A stretch of 61,977 nucleotides of DNA, counting the filler, from Choristocarpus tenellus KU-1152 (Eukaryota > Protista > Phaeophyceae): the NCBI GenBank assembly GCA_964200185.2. It is 6 parts of 6 records of this genome, joined end to end, with 100 filler letters (N's around TTAATTAATTAA, not from the genome) between each part and the next. Parts side by side here need not be neighbours in the genome. Positions count along the whole stretch, not along the records: positions 12,684 to 21,121 come from CAXNAD020004712.1; positions 21,222 to 25,027 come from CAXNAD020017819.1; positions 25,128 to 55,303 come from CAXNAD020000092.1; 3 more parts are not named here. One strand, given 5' to 3'. Positions 12,684-26,299 of this stretch are shown in pieces (within the stretch, counting starts at the first letter, position 1; each line of letters starts with the position of its first letter). Both the position numbers and the translations under genes were made by a program. The notes below the pieces were generated by a model. That model worked only from the letters and a program-made list of their open reading frames with translations, ran no database searches and was not told where the DNA came from.

Positions 12684-15600
12684 TTTTCTTCTCAGGCTGC
12701 CCCTGGTTATCCTCTTCCCCCTCTTCTCTGAGGGTTCAGTGCCTGCTATCCCTCCCCCCCCCCCCCCCCCCAATCCACATATCTCATTTGTGGATATCTT
12801 GGTCAAAGGTGATGTTGGGTCAGGAGTCTTCTACGGTCAAGTTCTTGTCCATCATCTGTAGTGTCTTTTGCTTGTTTGTTTGTCAAGTAGGATGGTAAGA
12901 GTAATAGTGATGAACGTGATAGGTGTCTAATACTTGTTTGGTCTAGTCATTTCCTTTTCAAGTTGGAGAGCTCTGTTGAACGGTCCTGGAGAATTTGTTG
13001 GATTCTTCTTTTCTTTGGTGTATTGCTTGGCCTTCGCAAGTTTTTGGTGTTTTTGGTGCTTGCAGTGCAGGCAAGGTGGGAGGTTTGATTCCAGTGTGGA
13101 AATGCTATTCAGAGGAAGTAGTACATTTGGGTGCATGGACTATTTGTTTGATTGATCGGGTGTTGTGTTTGGAAGAGGGCGATGCGAGTTTTATTTCAAG
13201 GAACTACTCAACCTAAGAAAGTGAGGGTCATAGAATGTCTTAAAGCGTGATGAAGTTGAGATACTTAACATTGCAATACCATCAAATGCAGTGCTAGCAT
13301 GCCCAAATCGACAACCAGATGAGGTATTTTGGAAAATGCCCTCTCTTTCCCACCCCTACGCAAACCCCCTCATCTCCCTTCTATTTATGCCTTGTCTCAA
13401 TGCTTTCCCCTCCTATTTTTGGCAGGAAATGTGTATGTGAAGGCTCTTGAAGGCATAATCACTAGCTCAATATAGGTCATGCCACCTGCAGCATATTATT
13501 CTTCTTATTTTGATACCTCTATCTCACAAATGGCCCTGTGTCGTTCCCCCTTTCTCCTTGCCGTTTGGTGTTTTCCAATACCTATCTTGTACAAACTTCC
13601 TCCTGTTTTGTGCACACTGCTTGGGAATTAGATCTAATTCTATGTTTGGATTACCGCCATCTTTCATCTGGCTTACTGCATATAATTTAGAGATAGAATC
13701 CATCATCTCGCCATTAGTCAGATATGATTTATCAATGCAATTGCTGTCTATACATGGAATATTCTTGCATACAAGCTTCTCCTCACCATCTTTTACTGAT
13801 TATGTAGTTTTATCTCCCTTCATGCTACTAAGCAAGAAAAAGAAAGACCCCTTCACGCTTGTGACAAATGCTGAGTGGGGGTACATGCACCTTGGGCAGC
13901 AAGGAGGGTGTGGATGTCGACACTGATGAGTAGCTAACAAATGCCAGACTTTGGGTGTCTTGGGTTGATGTCAGGGTATGGAGATGACTCGAAGGAATAT
14001 TGTGAGGGTGAGGGGCGCTTGTTGCAAGATGTAAGTAACGTGACTTATCGGCTGGAAATATGAAATGGGCCATTCCATTGGTGTTGATGTTGCTGCTCGG
14101 AGGATGACCCTATCTCTACCCTTTGCATTTTCTTGTTTTAGTTATCTTGCCATGGCCTTTGGGATTACAGTGCCACGAAAGCAGTGGTGATATATGTGCT
14201 ACTGTTACTACCGTTGTAGTAATCTAATCTGTTTGTTGGTTGTTGCGATATTAGTCCCGGTGAGAGGAATTAGGTTACGGTCAGGGTTGCATTTTTTGGT
14301 GGGTTTTATCCGCGGTTTATTCATTCACTACCATATTTAGGTTTATCTTGTGCAGCCAGATGAGGAGAATCTTTCTCTCATATTGATATGGTATGTAGAG
14401 ATGTGTGTGTAGTAAGTGAGGCATCCTTGAAGTAGACATATTATGGGACTAGAGGCGCGTTTTTTATCATACTAATCTGTATTTTTTTTAGTCGTTGCAC
14501 CTTTTTAGGCGGACAACGTAGACATAGTACTTCTTTCCTTACTAGTTTGAAGCACTACATTATTGAGTTCGATTCCTGAAGCAATTTTATGGCATGCAAT
14601 CTGGTTCAATGAGGTGGTTGAAAAACTTGGAATGGAGAGACTTGCGTTACAGTACAATAATTGTCTGGTGGTGCACATGTATGCGTAACAGGGTGTGAAA
14701 TAAGAACATTGAAGATGTTGGTTGCTGCTGTGGGATAGTGGATCACCAGGGGAAATCGTCATTTTCGCAACGAGAAAAATCAGGGGTGTTGGTTATTGCT
14801 AAGAGTTTTTCCCTTCCAGGTCCCCTAGTGCTTGACTTGAGGAGTTTTCTTGTGTAAGTCAGGGAAGAAGTTGATATATATTGAGGATAGCCTTGAATTA
14901 TACATTTCTGCGAGAATATTTGTTGTTATTTACATGTAGTATAGTGTACTACAGTACTCGTTCAAGGAACTTAAAATGTTCAGGAGTGGTAAGTTTATTG
15001 CTCTACTACTACTGTAGAAGTTCAGATTTATCTTTTTTCTGTTCGGGTTCTGGTGAGTAGTCTGGAAGGCGAGGTAATCGTTGTTGTTGCTCGTTTAATA
15101 TGACACAGCCTTCCTGTGTACTAAAATATGTTCCTGCTATTGCTTTGGCGGCATGCAAAATATCCTGCCACCTACGTAGCACGTTGATAAACCTTTCTCG
15201 TGCATTACAACAGTATATTATATGCATGTATATATATATATATATTTGCACCTATTTGTTCATGTCGAAAATCAATAAACAAGAAAACAGTGCTATTTTT
15301 TTTTTATTGACATCGGCGGTTACCTACGTTGTTTTCTTCTCGTGAAATACACGTGTTACACTTTGTATGAACAAATCGCGAAACACCATGGTAATAAGCT
15401 TCACGTATGTACATAAGAGTTCAGAGGATGGCACATTTCCATCAAGGGGTGGGCGAAAAGATTGCCTCGTTCGCACTTGTAGCAATTATTACCATTGTAC
15501 GTATTTCGGTTTCTTCAACAACAATCAAATCACATTCCCCTTTGTTTGGGTGCGGTGGTAGGTTTGAGGTTGTTTCACCTAAAACTCGGCAAAGTATTTT

Positions 15601-18600
15601 CGATTGGATAGATTTAAAACCGACGGCATAGGCACTGTGATGCTCGGTAGGAACTTGTAACTCTTTGTCTGGTAGCGTAGGTCTACTCTGCTGCACATAG
15701 TATGTTGTGACTATGAGTCAAGAGCGGTCCGCAGACCCAAGAAGGTGAGGCGTCTGAGCTTGCTGAGTGCAGTATGTACACACTAGCTGGGACTGAATGT
15801 GGTAATCGATCATATCTCCACTACTAAGGCCAGTCATTTATGGTGCAAAGTCAGGTAGGTCACCTTGCAAACATCATGCATCATGGTCGCAACGGTTGTG
15901 AGTATCAAACAGTTTTCTGTTGTTTTATCAAGGAAGGTATCTACAGACGGGCAAGTTGTTATTCTTTGCATGTGTGGTAGCTACACTATCCACGTGTGTT
16001 GGGTTTATGGTTATTAATACACACCAATGACGGATGGGTAGGGAAGACCGCAGGGTCTCGTCATATTCAGTTTGATGTTGTGACCCAGAACATGTAATGT
16101 GTTGGTGATAGCAGTCGTCATGAAAACAACCCACTATGATTTTTTACTCTTTTAACATTCGATCATTAGCTTGAAGATCAGTACGCTTGAAGCAAGCGCA
16201 CTCTTGTAACCACCAAAACTTCTATTTACACTGGGGAACCATAACTTCATCAAGGTCATAAGAGAAAGGGGGTAGGGAACTCACTCAAGGTGGAAAGAAG
16301 AGTGAGGGAGTCTCATTTACATCTTGAATTCCCTTTCCTGAGATATTGAAAAATAATCTCGGTGATTTGAATTTGGGTTTGCAATCGCGAGACCTGTTAG
16401 GAAAGGTGTGTAGAGAAGTAATCTGTGTGCGATACAGCAACAGAGCATACATCTGTCGAAAAAATAAACACCAGTACTTCAATTTTTCGTATGCGGCCTC
16501 TATCAACACTACCAATCCAGTTGGCTGCAGTGCCTCCCTTCTCCACCTCCACTGAACCTGAATCAACAATTCAACAAAGTGGAGGCGGGGGGGGGGTAGT
16601 CTGAGACGTTGGAGCAAGATTTAGGGTCGAGGTAGAGAGCAAGGACGACAAAGAGTTGGTGGCTTGTATTGAACATCCAACTAGTGTAAACTGAATCACA
16701 GCACATCTGTCCTTCTACTACTATTAATGGTGCATGTTTTTGTGTGATATTGCACCTACAGGAACGAAAAGTATGAGACGCTAGAGTCAAGATCTGTCGC
16801 GCAGGATACAGGGGGCATTTTATAAAAGTGATCGTAACCAACATTGTAGCAGCATGTTTGGTCAGATGCAAAGTATCATTTTTAGAACTTCAAGAAAAAA
16901 ATTAATGAAACGCTTAGGAAAGAATGTATGTAGTAGGGAACACGCTTCTTTCCCCAACCACACAGAAATCAGACGAACGATACACTCAAGTAAATGGATG
17001 TGTGCTTGATGTGTACCTTGTATAGAGTTCAATATATGGTACTCTGAAGGATGATCTACAGATTGGTCTATTAAGAAGTATGACAAAGTGTAAACACGCA
17101 AACATACATACATATTTTTGCGATAATAGCACTCCTAAGAAGGAGCTATTGCTTCTATTTATGGCGGGCACGTTTGTTTCATCAACTGCTGCTGAGTCCT
17201 CAGAATTGAATCTTCTGATCCATCCCACCTCCCCTCTAAAAACCCTTTTGTTGTTGTGGTTGACATTTTTTGTTTTCTTACGTTGGTTGGGCTAGACACG
17301 TTTGATATCATAGTCCCAGCGCTTTCTGGACTTGCTTGGTGAGAAAAGCGGCATCCCACCAATCCCTCACACTCCTTCTGGGAGGAGGAACGTTGTTTTG
17401 GTTAATTTTCCAAATAGCTCCAAACCAGAAAACATGTTCCTGTACGAAATACGAACTATAGTTATTTCTTCATGATGACAACATCTGGAGAATGTCAGCG
17501 GGCATTAAGAAAAAGAGGAGGATGATTTGAATGAGTTAGTTGTGACGGAATTGACTTCAATAATATATTCTAACTTGAGTACATGACAAACTGAAGGAGA
17601 AGGCATATAACTAGACATACATATATGAACTGTGTCGAATCATTGCTTGGTGTATTTGGGTGGAGGGTGCACTATAGTAGGCTGGGTGCTGCAGTGAAAT
17701 GCATTTGAGAGATTGAAACATACGAAGCGGTAAGTGCTTGGATGACCGTCTATGGTCAGCACACAGCATCAAGTTAGCTCGTGAGGGGGGGCTATGTGGT
17801 GCTGCTGTCGGTCCTCTTCCTTGAGCTGCCTGGAGTAGTGGAGGGTGTAAATTAGACACCGCTATTCACATTCGTGGCTGCTTTCTGCAAAGTGACTCGG
17901 GGGTGCTGAGCGTACGAGTTGGAGGTATGGAGGAGCTGAAGTGTCTACGTGAGAGTTTCCCCACCCACTGATATTGGGATCTGTCAGGCTGCTGCAGTAC
18001 ATACGAAAAAATGTTTGTTGCCGGAACAGGTTACTATTACAGTATATTACTCTATACTATGAAGTATATTGTTATTGCTACTCTTAAAGTTATTGCTGCA
18101 TTAGCCTGATGGGGCCCAAACCTGTAGTCGCAAGGTAGTCAGAGAAGAAGCAAAAACACAACAATATACTTTCAAATATTGTTCAAAATGCTCCGCAAGC
18201 TTACCATGATGGGATATGTGGCTGCAATCCAGAAGGCTGTATGTGGATGACCAGGCTCGTAGAGGGTACCTTCAAGGAAATGTCATCAAATATGCTGGAT
18301 CTCTTACTTTGATTATTCACTTCATTGCTTTTATTGGGGTATACATTCAGGACTGAATAACCATGTGCGGCAAAGTATGGCCTCATAATGACTGAATAAT
18401 ATATAAATAGTCAAGAGGTACAAATGTGTAAAATCTAGGACTTCAAGGTCACAATGACGCTTATGAAACCGCCATTAAGACGCATCGCCTGTCACGGTAC
18501 TCGCAGGTACATAATAGTACGAAACAGAAAAATGACGAAAAAGGAAAGAGAACACATGATACAGTAAAGAGGAGCAGACGAACAAAAATCCCACGCCCTA

Positions 18601-19721
18601 ACTCAGTAGCACTAGTACTAGAGTCCTATATGTCATCATCGTCATCAGCATCGCCAACATCCTACTGGAAAACAGAAGAGGAGAAAACTCAAGTGTCACA
18701 CCCTGTCCATCCATACGATCACTGGTCATCACACATCACAATTAACAGGATGCAAGAATCAACCCAACAAAGGAATAAGATCAATGAGAAGCAGCAGCAT
18801 TCAGCAGGCTGTAGGAAGTGTGAAAGTGTCCTGGTCTGCTCAACCTAGTGCATGATGCTTGTCAAGGTATCACGGTTGCCCCGGCAATACACTCCTTCAA
18901 GGAATACTTGGTTTCATCCACCACACATGCATACCACCTGCATTGACTTCTTGCCCTTTGTATACCATGTCTTTGCCACAATCCAAACTTCTCAAGACCG
19001 TTTTTCTTGACTACACCTTGTTAATGCATGGAATGAGGTATGCTGATCTACTGTAAGGTTGTTCCATGCCTTTCATAAGAAAATCGCTACTAGAAAGTAC
19101 CACTAATCACAAAGTATATAGAACATGCATGTACTTGGGCCATAGACAATGGAGCATGGTGGTATTTTTTTCCTAATACCATCGTAATATAATAGTAGAA
19201 CTCTATTGTGAAAAACCGATGGACAACCAAAAAATCTGTGTACTCAGTTAGAGTTACTTTCTTCAAAGAATTACTAAGTACCCTGGAGTTATTTATATAC
19301 GTTAGTTGATGGTGGGTGGAGCATGTATGCATTACTACACTGTTAATCACGTGGTGCACTAGTGTTGAAGAAACTGTTGTGTCTTGTGTGACATCCACAA
19401 TGACGGCGAACAAGACGTTCCTTGTCCTGCAAGTCACTGTGCAAGAATCAAAACGTCATTTATTGTATATGTATATACAAGAGAATCTCTAGGCATTATT
19501 AAAACCCCTCAATATATGTAAATACATAACTCTGTCAAACCAGCAAAAGGCAATACACCCCAAACAAAAAAATTAACCACCAAAGTATTAATCTCTGAGT
19601 AGCAATGTACCACATCTATTGTGTGTCTCAACAACTAAGCATCTGGTGTGTGCCCAGTACAGTATTGCCCTAAAAAGGTTTAAGTGACTTCAACATCACT
19701 TTCTCAGCTATTCTTTCTCCC

Positions 19722-20779
19722 TCAGCACTCTTCTGAGTTTCTTTGCTGTAGCATTAGCTCATCAAAATCTATTCCTTCTTCGCCAGCACCCCCGCCCAGC
19801 ACCCCCATGCCCATGTCCGCAGGCCCTCTGTAACACCCCATAGGGTCGGACACAGTATGGAGATCTGATGGCACAAGGCGGAGTTCAAAGTCCCCAACAT
19901 CCCCTGAATCTGCCAGAATATAACCCTCACAAATATCACTGCCGAGTTTTATACCTTCGTCAGCAGATGATTTGACACAAGAACAACAACTAACTCTATC
20001 CGCTACACTCCTAGCTCTGAAGCCATCACAAGGGTGATCACTATGCTTGTCTTTTATTTCACTGTGAGTGCAACCCTCAACATAGGTCAGGCTTGCAAAT
20101 GGTGAGGGTTTTTCGAGGGGTCCTTCCCCCCACTGAAAGAGGAGCGTGTCAGTGACGGGGGAGAAGGGATTTACGTCCAGGAGCCACACACGGGATTTTC
20201 GGTCGATGTAAACATCTGCCACACCTATTGCCAATGGTTCGGGTATATGGGGGGTGGAGTGAGTTGGTGTACGTCAGGAAGAAACTATATATGTGCATAT
20301 TACTAGTAGGGAGTAGTACGGTAATATACTATTAATATACATGATAGTTAATAGTTGTTGATGCCATTGTCTATTGCACCTTCACAACAGTTCATCGACA
20401 TAGAGTTGGGGGAGGAGAGTGTTGAGACATGGCAGGACGGATGGGTCACCTTACCAAGAGTAACAATGGTGTTGGAGAGAAATATACACGCGAGAATCAA
20501 CGTGTTCACATTGGAATAGTGTTCGTATCACATTGAGCCAACAGAATACATGTACGCTGCAAAACACTCCCCCACACAGTCTCACCATGATATTTATTTA
20601 ACACACTCATCAATTTCCCATTCCTGGAAAGTTCTCAAACCTGTCCCGGCACTTACAGTCAGGATCTGGGAACTTCGGGCAGACTTCTGTAGTGAGGAAG
20701 TTGTGAAGTAATGCCTTGATACGTGGACCTTCTTCTCGCAGGAATCCAAAGAAGCTGGTGCAATCTCTCTGGCAAACGC
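19722..20779 (-). CDS. CDC123: Cell division cycle protein 123 (D123 family, eIF2 assembly factor), last two exons
   Basis: Exon ~20779-20657 GVCQRDCTSFFGFLREEGPRIKALLHNFLTTEVCPKFPDPD (donor T|GTAAGT) and exon 20224-19722 VADVYIDRKSRVWLLDVNPFSPVTDTLLFQW. These match the D123 motifs G-x-SQRD and DVY..V.LIDFNPF...TD.LLF.W. Upstream exons are missing at the spacer. Confidence 0.88.
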
Positions 20780-21121
20780 CTTCTCTCTCAAGAAGGGCGG
20801 TGAGATGGGGTACATTGGAGATGGAGGGGTGGGGGAGGAGAGGATGGTGGTTTGATAAGGAAGGAGGCGGAAATCTGGAGCGGATTTGCATACTTCCAGA
20901 AGTGCACATCTTTTTCTGTTTTTTTGTTATTATTATTATTTTTTGTCTAGGTAGGTCAAGGTTCTGAACGCTTATTAGTCAGTACCATGGATGTTGAATG
21001 GTGACCTCATATCGTTCTGGATATCCTTTCCTGGAGATGGGTCAAAAATCATCCCTCACCCCCTTTGCAACATGCCCCTGTGGGGGATTTTGTCGGGGTG
21101 GGACAGGGCAGCGCTTGCTTT

Positions 21122-21221
21122 NNNNNNNNNNNNNNNNNNNNNNNNNNNNNNNNNNNNNNNNNNNNTTAATTAATTAANNNNNNNNNNNNNNNNNNNNNNN
21201 NNNNNNNNNNNNNNNNNNNNN
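21122..21221. other. Artificial contig spacer
   Basis: 44N-TTAATTAATTAA-44N. Confidence 0.97.
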
Positions 21222-21478
21222 ATTTGGTCGCACGTGTCGGATTTGAAACGTCAACAAAAAAAAGAGTTGTTTGACCGAAACTGACGCCCCCTCACAAAAT
21301 ATATCGATACAAATGTTTCTCCACATGTAGTTGAAAAAACCCGGAATTGTTTGTTTGACTTTTTTTTGTCAGTGAATACCTTATCGCACAATAAGGTAGA
21401 CATTTAATGGTTGGATGACTTCTGTTGTTGATACATCAACCCTCGTTCCTTTACAGTAGTAGTCTCACTTCCACTCAC

Positions 21479-22009
21479 ATCAAAGTAGGACTTTCGCTTC
21501 TTGCCCTTGTAAAGTGCAATTTTCACTGATGTGACATCGTTGGATTCCCAATCGTCAATGTTGATTTTTATCCACCGTGAGAGGCCACTAACTGCCCAGC
21601 GCGTGGAGCCGTCTGAGTCGACTGCATTCGCAACAATATTTCCAGTAGTGGGCTTGTTGTTTTTTGATATTATGGACTCAACTACAGCTGGGTTTTCGCA
21701 GCCCCCTAGGGGTAATCCGGCATCCTCGGCCATTCCTACATCACTTTCATAGTCATCATCTGTCGTACTGGTGATGGTTCTGCTGCTAGAGCTGCTGCTG
21801 GAGCTGCTGCTGGAGCTGCTGCTGGAGCTGCTGCTACCACTGGTATTGTAGAATGAAAATGTTGGGTCGATAATGTGGTTGCAGTTGATCGGTCTGACAC
21901 CACTATAAGTATCTCCAAAATCTAAGGGGCCACAACCAGTTCTTGCACCGGTAGCGAAGTTTGTCAGAATGGGCAGCAGGCTTACGGTTGCCAAGACCTG
22001 GCTCTTCAT
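21479..22009 (-). CDS. First coding exon of a secreted protein with poly-Ser linker and F5/8 type C (discoidin/CBM32-like) domain
   Basis: Signal-peptide-like MKSQVLATVSLLPILTNFATG, then a poly-Ser tract, then NAVDSDGSTRW..WIKINI..VTSVKIALYKGKKRKSYFD, which is the N-terminal half of an F5/8C domain. Donor GAT|GTGAGT at 21478; the rest is lost at the spacer. Confidence 0.8.
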
Positions 22010-24490
22010 TGTTTACGGAAGGAATAACCTCAACGAGAAAGAGTTGAAGCTGCAGGTCGGGTTTCTCCGATAGCTTTGAAGGAGTCCGAATTTGCACTGT
22101 TAACGAAAGGAAGAGAAGCACGTTCGCATATTATATATACATGCACAAAGCTATTCAAGGCTTGGTGATGATAGAGGTTTCAGAGTGCCTGGCTGAGCTA
22201 ATTGAAAAGTGCAAATAGAGTGGAAGGGATATCCAGTTGGAGTGAAGGTAAATGGATGGACTTTTCATTCTGAATCTAAAATGCATGCATAGTGAATTTG
22301 GCAGGGTAAGGGGAGGCAAAAAGCCGAGAAATTGTGACGATTGTAGTGATTTTTCTTCTCTACCATCGTCGAGTCAATGACCCCATTATTATTGCTTTCC
22401 TTCCGAAGTGCCTGCCCTGAAGGTATGCTCAACTCCCTGTCGTTTTGGGAGGGGGTTGCAAGATAATCTGCTCTTCGTGACCTCAGTCAACAACACATTT
22501 GGTTCTCAACCACGAACACAACAACCAATCGATAAGGCATCTGGAGGAGGTTGGGATGGCAAACAACGCACCTCGACAAATTTTCAAAGGATGCTGGAAT
22601 ATTGAAGTCGACCCAAAGTTCCAACCCCCCTCTGCGACTGAATGGGAACGGCGAGGTGGTGATGCGCACAATGAAATACCAATTTACGGTTACGCACTAT
22701 TCCTTGAGGTTGTCGTTACATGATCTTGGAAACGGCCAACGTATGCATATACTTTTCATTATAACTGGAATATGATTTTAATAGTACAAGTAGTAATAAT
22801 ATATATTGTCAGTATGCCCTCATTTTTCCAGATAAGTTAGATGTCAGAGAGGAAACAAGAAGAAGCATACCATTATACAAAGACGAATTTTATAGTGTAC
22901 GGCGTAAGGAGGTAAATAAATACAACACAACATCAACATACAACAACACTACTTTGTTAGGAATTAACCCCAATGCTAACTCTATCAACAAGACTGACTA
23001 GGGAGGTGACTTCCAGGGTTAGGGCTCGGCTTAGAGTTAGGCACTGTCCATCCGAAACATCAAAAATGTTGTGGGGAGGGTAATAAGCCCCTCCAATGGC
23101 AATAGTTTACCAGCTTCCAATGTCGTTGATGGGTTCTCTACAATGGCGTGCAAAAAAAAGTTCTTCGTACTCAATTTCGTACCTTCGCCTCATTTCGTAA
23201 GAAAGATATTATCAGTATCTTTCCCTAGACATGAACTGGTGGAGAATTCTATTGTCAGATCTTCCGCACTTCCCTTCTTACCTTAACCCTAGCTTCTACC
23301 TACTACCTATAGTCCAATAATTTCTTGAAGATTGTTCAGAAGACGATTGGTCCCGAATGTCACTTGTTTTTACTCTGGTAGGGCCCTTGCTTGGCTGAGA
23401 TGCCCTTCGTTAAAACAAATTTAATTTATGGTTCCCTGTTGGTCACTTTGAAGTTAAATGTGACGCAGATATACCCCACAGGTACCTACACATGATGTAC
23501 GCGTAACTCGACCATCAAATTCGGCACAGGTCATGCACAGACCCCCCCAGCACAGCCCAATCCTTCTACCCAGGCACAGGTAATTCCTGCTGCGCAGGCA
23601 CATCTCCCCGCTCTGTCATTCCTCCTGCCACTGCTGAGGAGCACTGTGTCTAGTGGCTGGTGGAGCTTCTCTCTTCTTTTTTCCAGACACAGATCACACA
23701 GAAAACCTTTGTGCCTTTCCTCCTGGTGCTTCTCCGGCACTCAACATGGCTGCTTAGTGGCAGATTGATTTTCTCTCTCATGTTCCCACAGCTCAGCTCC
23801 TACAGGTTTACCTAGGCAGGCAAAATACCCCCCACTATTTCTTTCTTCCTACCAGTGGGGCTGTTGGGGCACCGAGTGAGCTAAAGCTACCAACTAACTG
23901 GCGAATTTCCCTTACTCTTTTCCTCTCAGTGCAGTCCCCAACTATTTGTTGCACTCACAGCATTGCATTCTGCAGCATCCCATCTATCCTGGCCAGAGAA
24001 AGTCGACAACTCTTCTACAACAACATTCTGAAAGTGAGACACAGACGGAGCACTTGGCAAGGTTATCGCTTGGCAGCATTGCCATAACACGTTCGTCCCA
24101 GTGTGTAGCCATCTTGACCGCTGTATTAACTCAGAAAACCAACCGCAACCAAATGTCCTGCAACTTGAGACGTTTTTAGTAGAGTGCGTTAGTGAGAAGG
24201 GGCACAGATCGCGTGACTCGTCGTTGAGAGGTTGAGGGCGCGACTAAGAGCAAAATCTGGCTCTATTCTGTAAGAGGTAGGTAGCCACATCAATCTGTTT
24301 TGGGGGTCCTACACAATGGTATGTCTTAAGAAAATAAGAATAAAAACCTTTGAATAGGACGCTCCATCTCACCCTAAAAGTCCGACCATCCGCGATTTTA
24401 AACTTTTTCCAGAATAGAATAAACGAACTGTAGATGCCGTGGTTGTTGATATGTCACATACTACAAACACATACATCACTGATTTTATAG

Positions 24491-24854
24491 CAGTATAGTT
24501 TTGGCAGTCGCCTCTAGGATCAGACCGGTCTTGATTTTTTTGAAAAGATTGCCCAACGAGTTAAACAACAATCAGCATATCGAATGAAAGGTCTTGATCT
24601 AAGCTATCGATTTCCAGAAAGAAATTATTTCGCAAAATTATTTGGTAAGAGTAAATTTTAACCAAATGTTTTCGGAACAACCTTGAAAATGTTTCGGAAT
24701 GAACTATCACGACCAAATTTTTGCGGAAGAATTTGTTCACCTAATCGATACCTTACTTAGATCAAGAGCTTTAATTTGATGTGCTGATCGTCGATTAACT
24801 CGTTGGGCAACCGTTTCAAAAAAATCAAGATTGGCAACCGTCAAAACGGTACGG
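24491..24854. mobile_element. Foldback (long inverted repeat) non-autonomous element
   Basis: Left arm TCTTGATTTTTTTGAAAAGATTGCCCAACGAGTTAAACAACAATCAGCATATCGAATGAAAGGTCTTGATCTAAG pairs with right arm CTTAGATCAAGAGCTTTAATTTGATGTGCTGATCGTCGATTAACTCGTTGGGCAACCGTTTCAAAAAAATCAAGA. The outer ends CAGTATAGTTTTGG and TCAAAACGGTACGG also pair. Confidence 0.8.
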
Positions 24855-25027
24855 GGACGTACCTCGGCTTAATACTGTTTAAGTCGCTCACAGGATACTC
24901 TGACGCACAATGAGCTCCGAGCTGTCACCTGACGACGTTGACGTTGTGGTGCGGTCACTCCCTGAACAGGGGATCCTCAAAATTGAGGATGGCGCGGGAC
25001 TATGAGGATGGTTGTTTTGCGAAAACG

Positions 25028-25127
25028 NNNNNNNNNNNNNNNNNNNNNNNNNNNNNNNNNNNNNNNNNNNNTTAATTAATTAANNNNNNNNNNNNNNNNN
25101 NNNNNNNNNNNNNNNNNNNNNNNNNNN
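25028..25127. other. Artificial contig spacer
   Basis: 44N-TTAATTAATTAA-44N. Confidence 0.97.
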
Positions 25128-25402
25128 TAGGTATTCCGAATCTTACTCTGCATCTCCTTAAAATTATCACTTATTCTGTAAGGTTACCTATGTGTTACTA
25201 ATATCGTATATAGTTCGCACTTGTCAGAACTCGAGAAACAATCTTCACACTGTATGTCTATTACAAATGCTCGTATTTCCTAACACATAAGGAGAAAAAT
25301 GCTCGCGCTATTCGTGTGTAACAAATGCTCAAACTTTGTTGAAATATAAGAAGAAATGCTCGCGCTATTCGCCTGTAACACAGACTTATGGCACGGAGGT
25401 AG
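25128..25402. mobile_element. Partial Stowaway-like element (right end only)
   Basis: Ends ACAGACTTATGGCACGGAGGTAG-TA, homologous to the right TIR at 38342-38364; contains internal repeats AAATGCTCGCGCTATTCG. Confidence 0.65.
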
Positions 25403-25612
25403 TACAAGATTCCCCTTGTGGGGCAGGGCTACTTCTATGGGCTTCCACAGGATACACCAAGCGCACACAAGCATGCAAAAAAGTTTCAATTGTATTCCTG
25501 ATGTTGGACACAAGCCATAATTGAAGGTATTGTAGTTGGAAGGTAGCCCTGTTCTGGCGAGTTGTGTCAGCGCAATCACTGGATTGATACGCAGCACTGC
25601 AGTCATTATATA

Positions 25613-25892
25613 ATCCAAAGCATTTCAGTGGGTAGGGCAGCGTCCGTTTATGTTCATAAATCCAATGTTGCGATTTTGATGTAATTTTGGCTATCATTTT
25701 TGTTAGCAAGTGTCAATATCTTTGCTCCAGACACATCTTTCATAGTTGTGTACATTTTATCTACTCCGAAATGTTTCGGGTTTGGTAACTGTGTTCACAG
25801 AAAAAACGAAAAAAGGGCATAAAAAAAACGTGGGAAGCCAAGCCCTGAACGGACAAACAGGGTAGATTCCCACCCTCTGAAATGCTTTGGAT
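25613..25892. mobile_element. MITE, long subfamily, variant TIR
   Basis: TIRs ATCCAAAGCATTTCAGTGGGT and ACCCTCTGAAATGCTTTGGAT; interior (TTGCGATTTTGATGTAATTTTGGCTAT..AAGTGTCAATATC..GGGAAGCCAAGCCCT) homologous to 54024-54281. Confidence 0.85.
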
Positions 25893-26299
25893 ATAGAACC
25901 CTGATAGAAGAGTATCCAACTACTTCTGAAATCCTCACAGCGTCCATACAGTCCGTTCGTTTGTACTCCCAGGGATGTTCATGGACACTGCTGTGAAATA
26001 GCACATGGCATCATACATTGCCTGCGAGGGATGGAGGGATGGTCTGGATAGGGTCATGGGCCACCTTGTCGTTATTTAGTTCATAACAATGTGAATAGTG
26101 CGTGAGATATCTGAGAATAGATGCAGTTGAATTCAAGGTTTTGACAGGAGGGCGAAAGTTTCTGCATATTAAATCCAACACATGAATTTCATTACCTGCA
26201 GGTTAAGTCCCCACCCTTCTTGAACCCTGAAGAGAAACACATAGGTGCGGGATGAAACTGCAGGGAGACACAATTGTTGCGAACTAACAGTCCATCAAC

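Noticed and set aside
12684-19600. Many 60-140 aa ORFs
   Set aside because: No recognisable motifs or consistent exon chain; compatible with chance ORFs.
19722-22009. Fusion of the F5/8 secreted exon with CDC123 exons on the same strand
   Set aside because: They are separated by an artificial spacer, and CDC123 is cytosolic and lacks its N-terminal half here.
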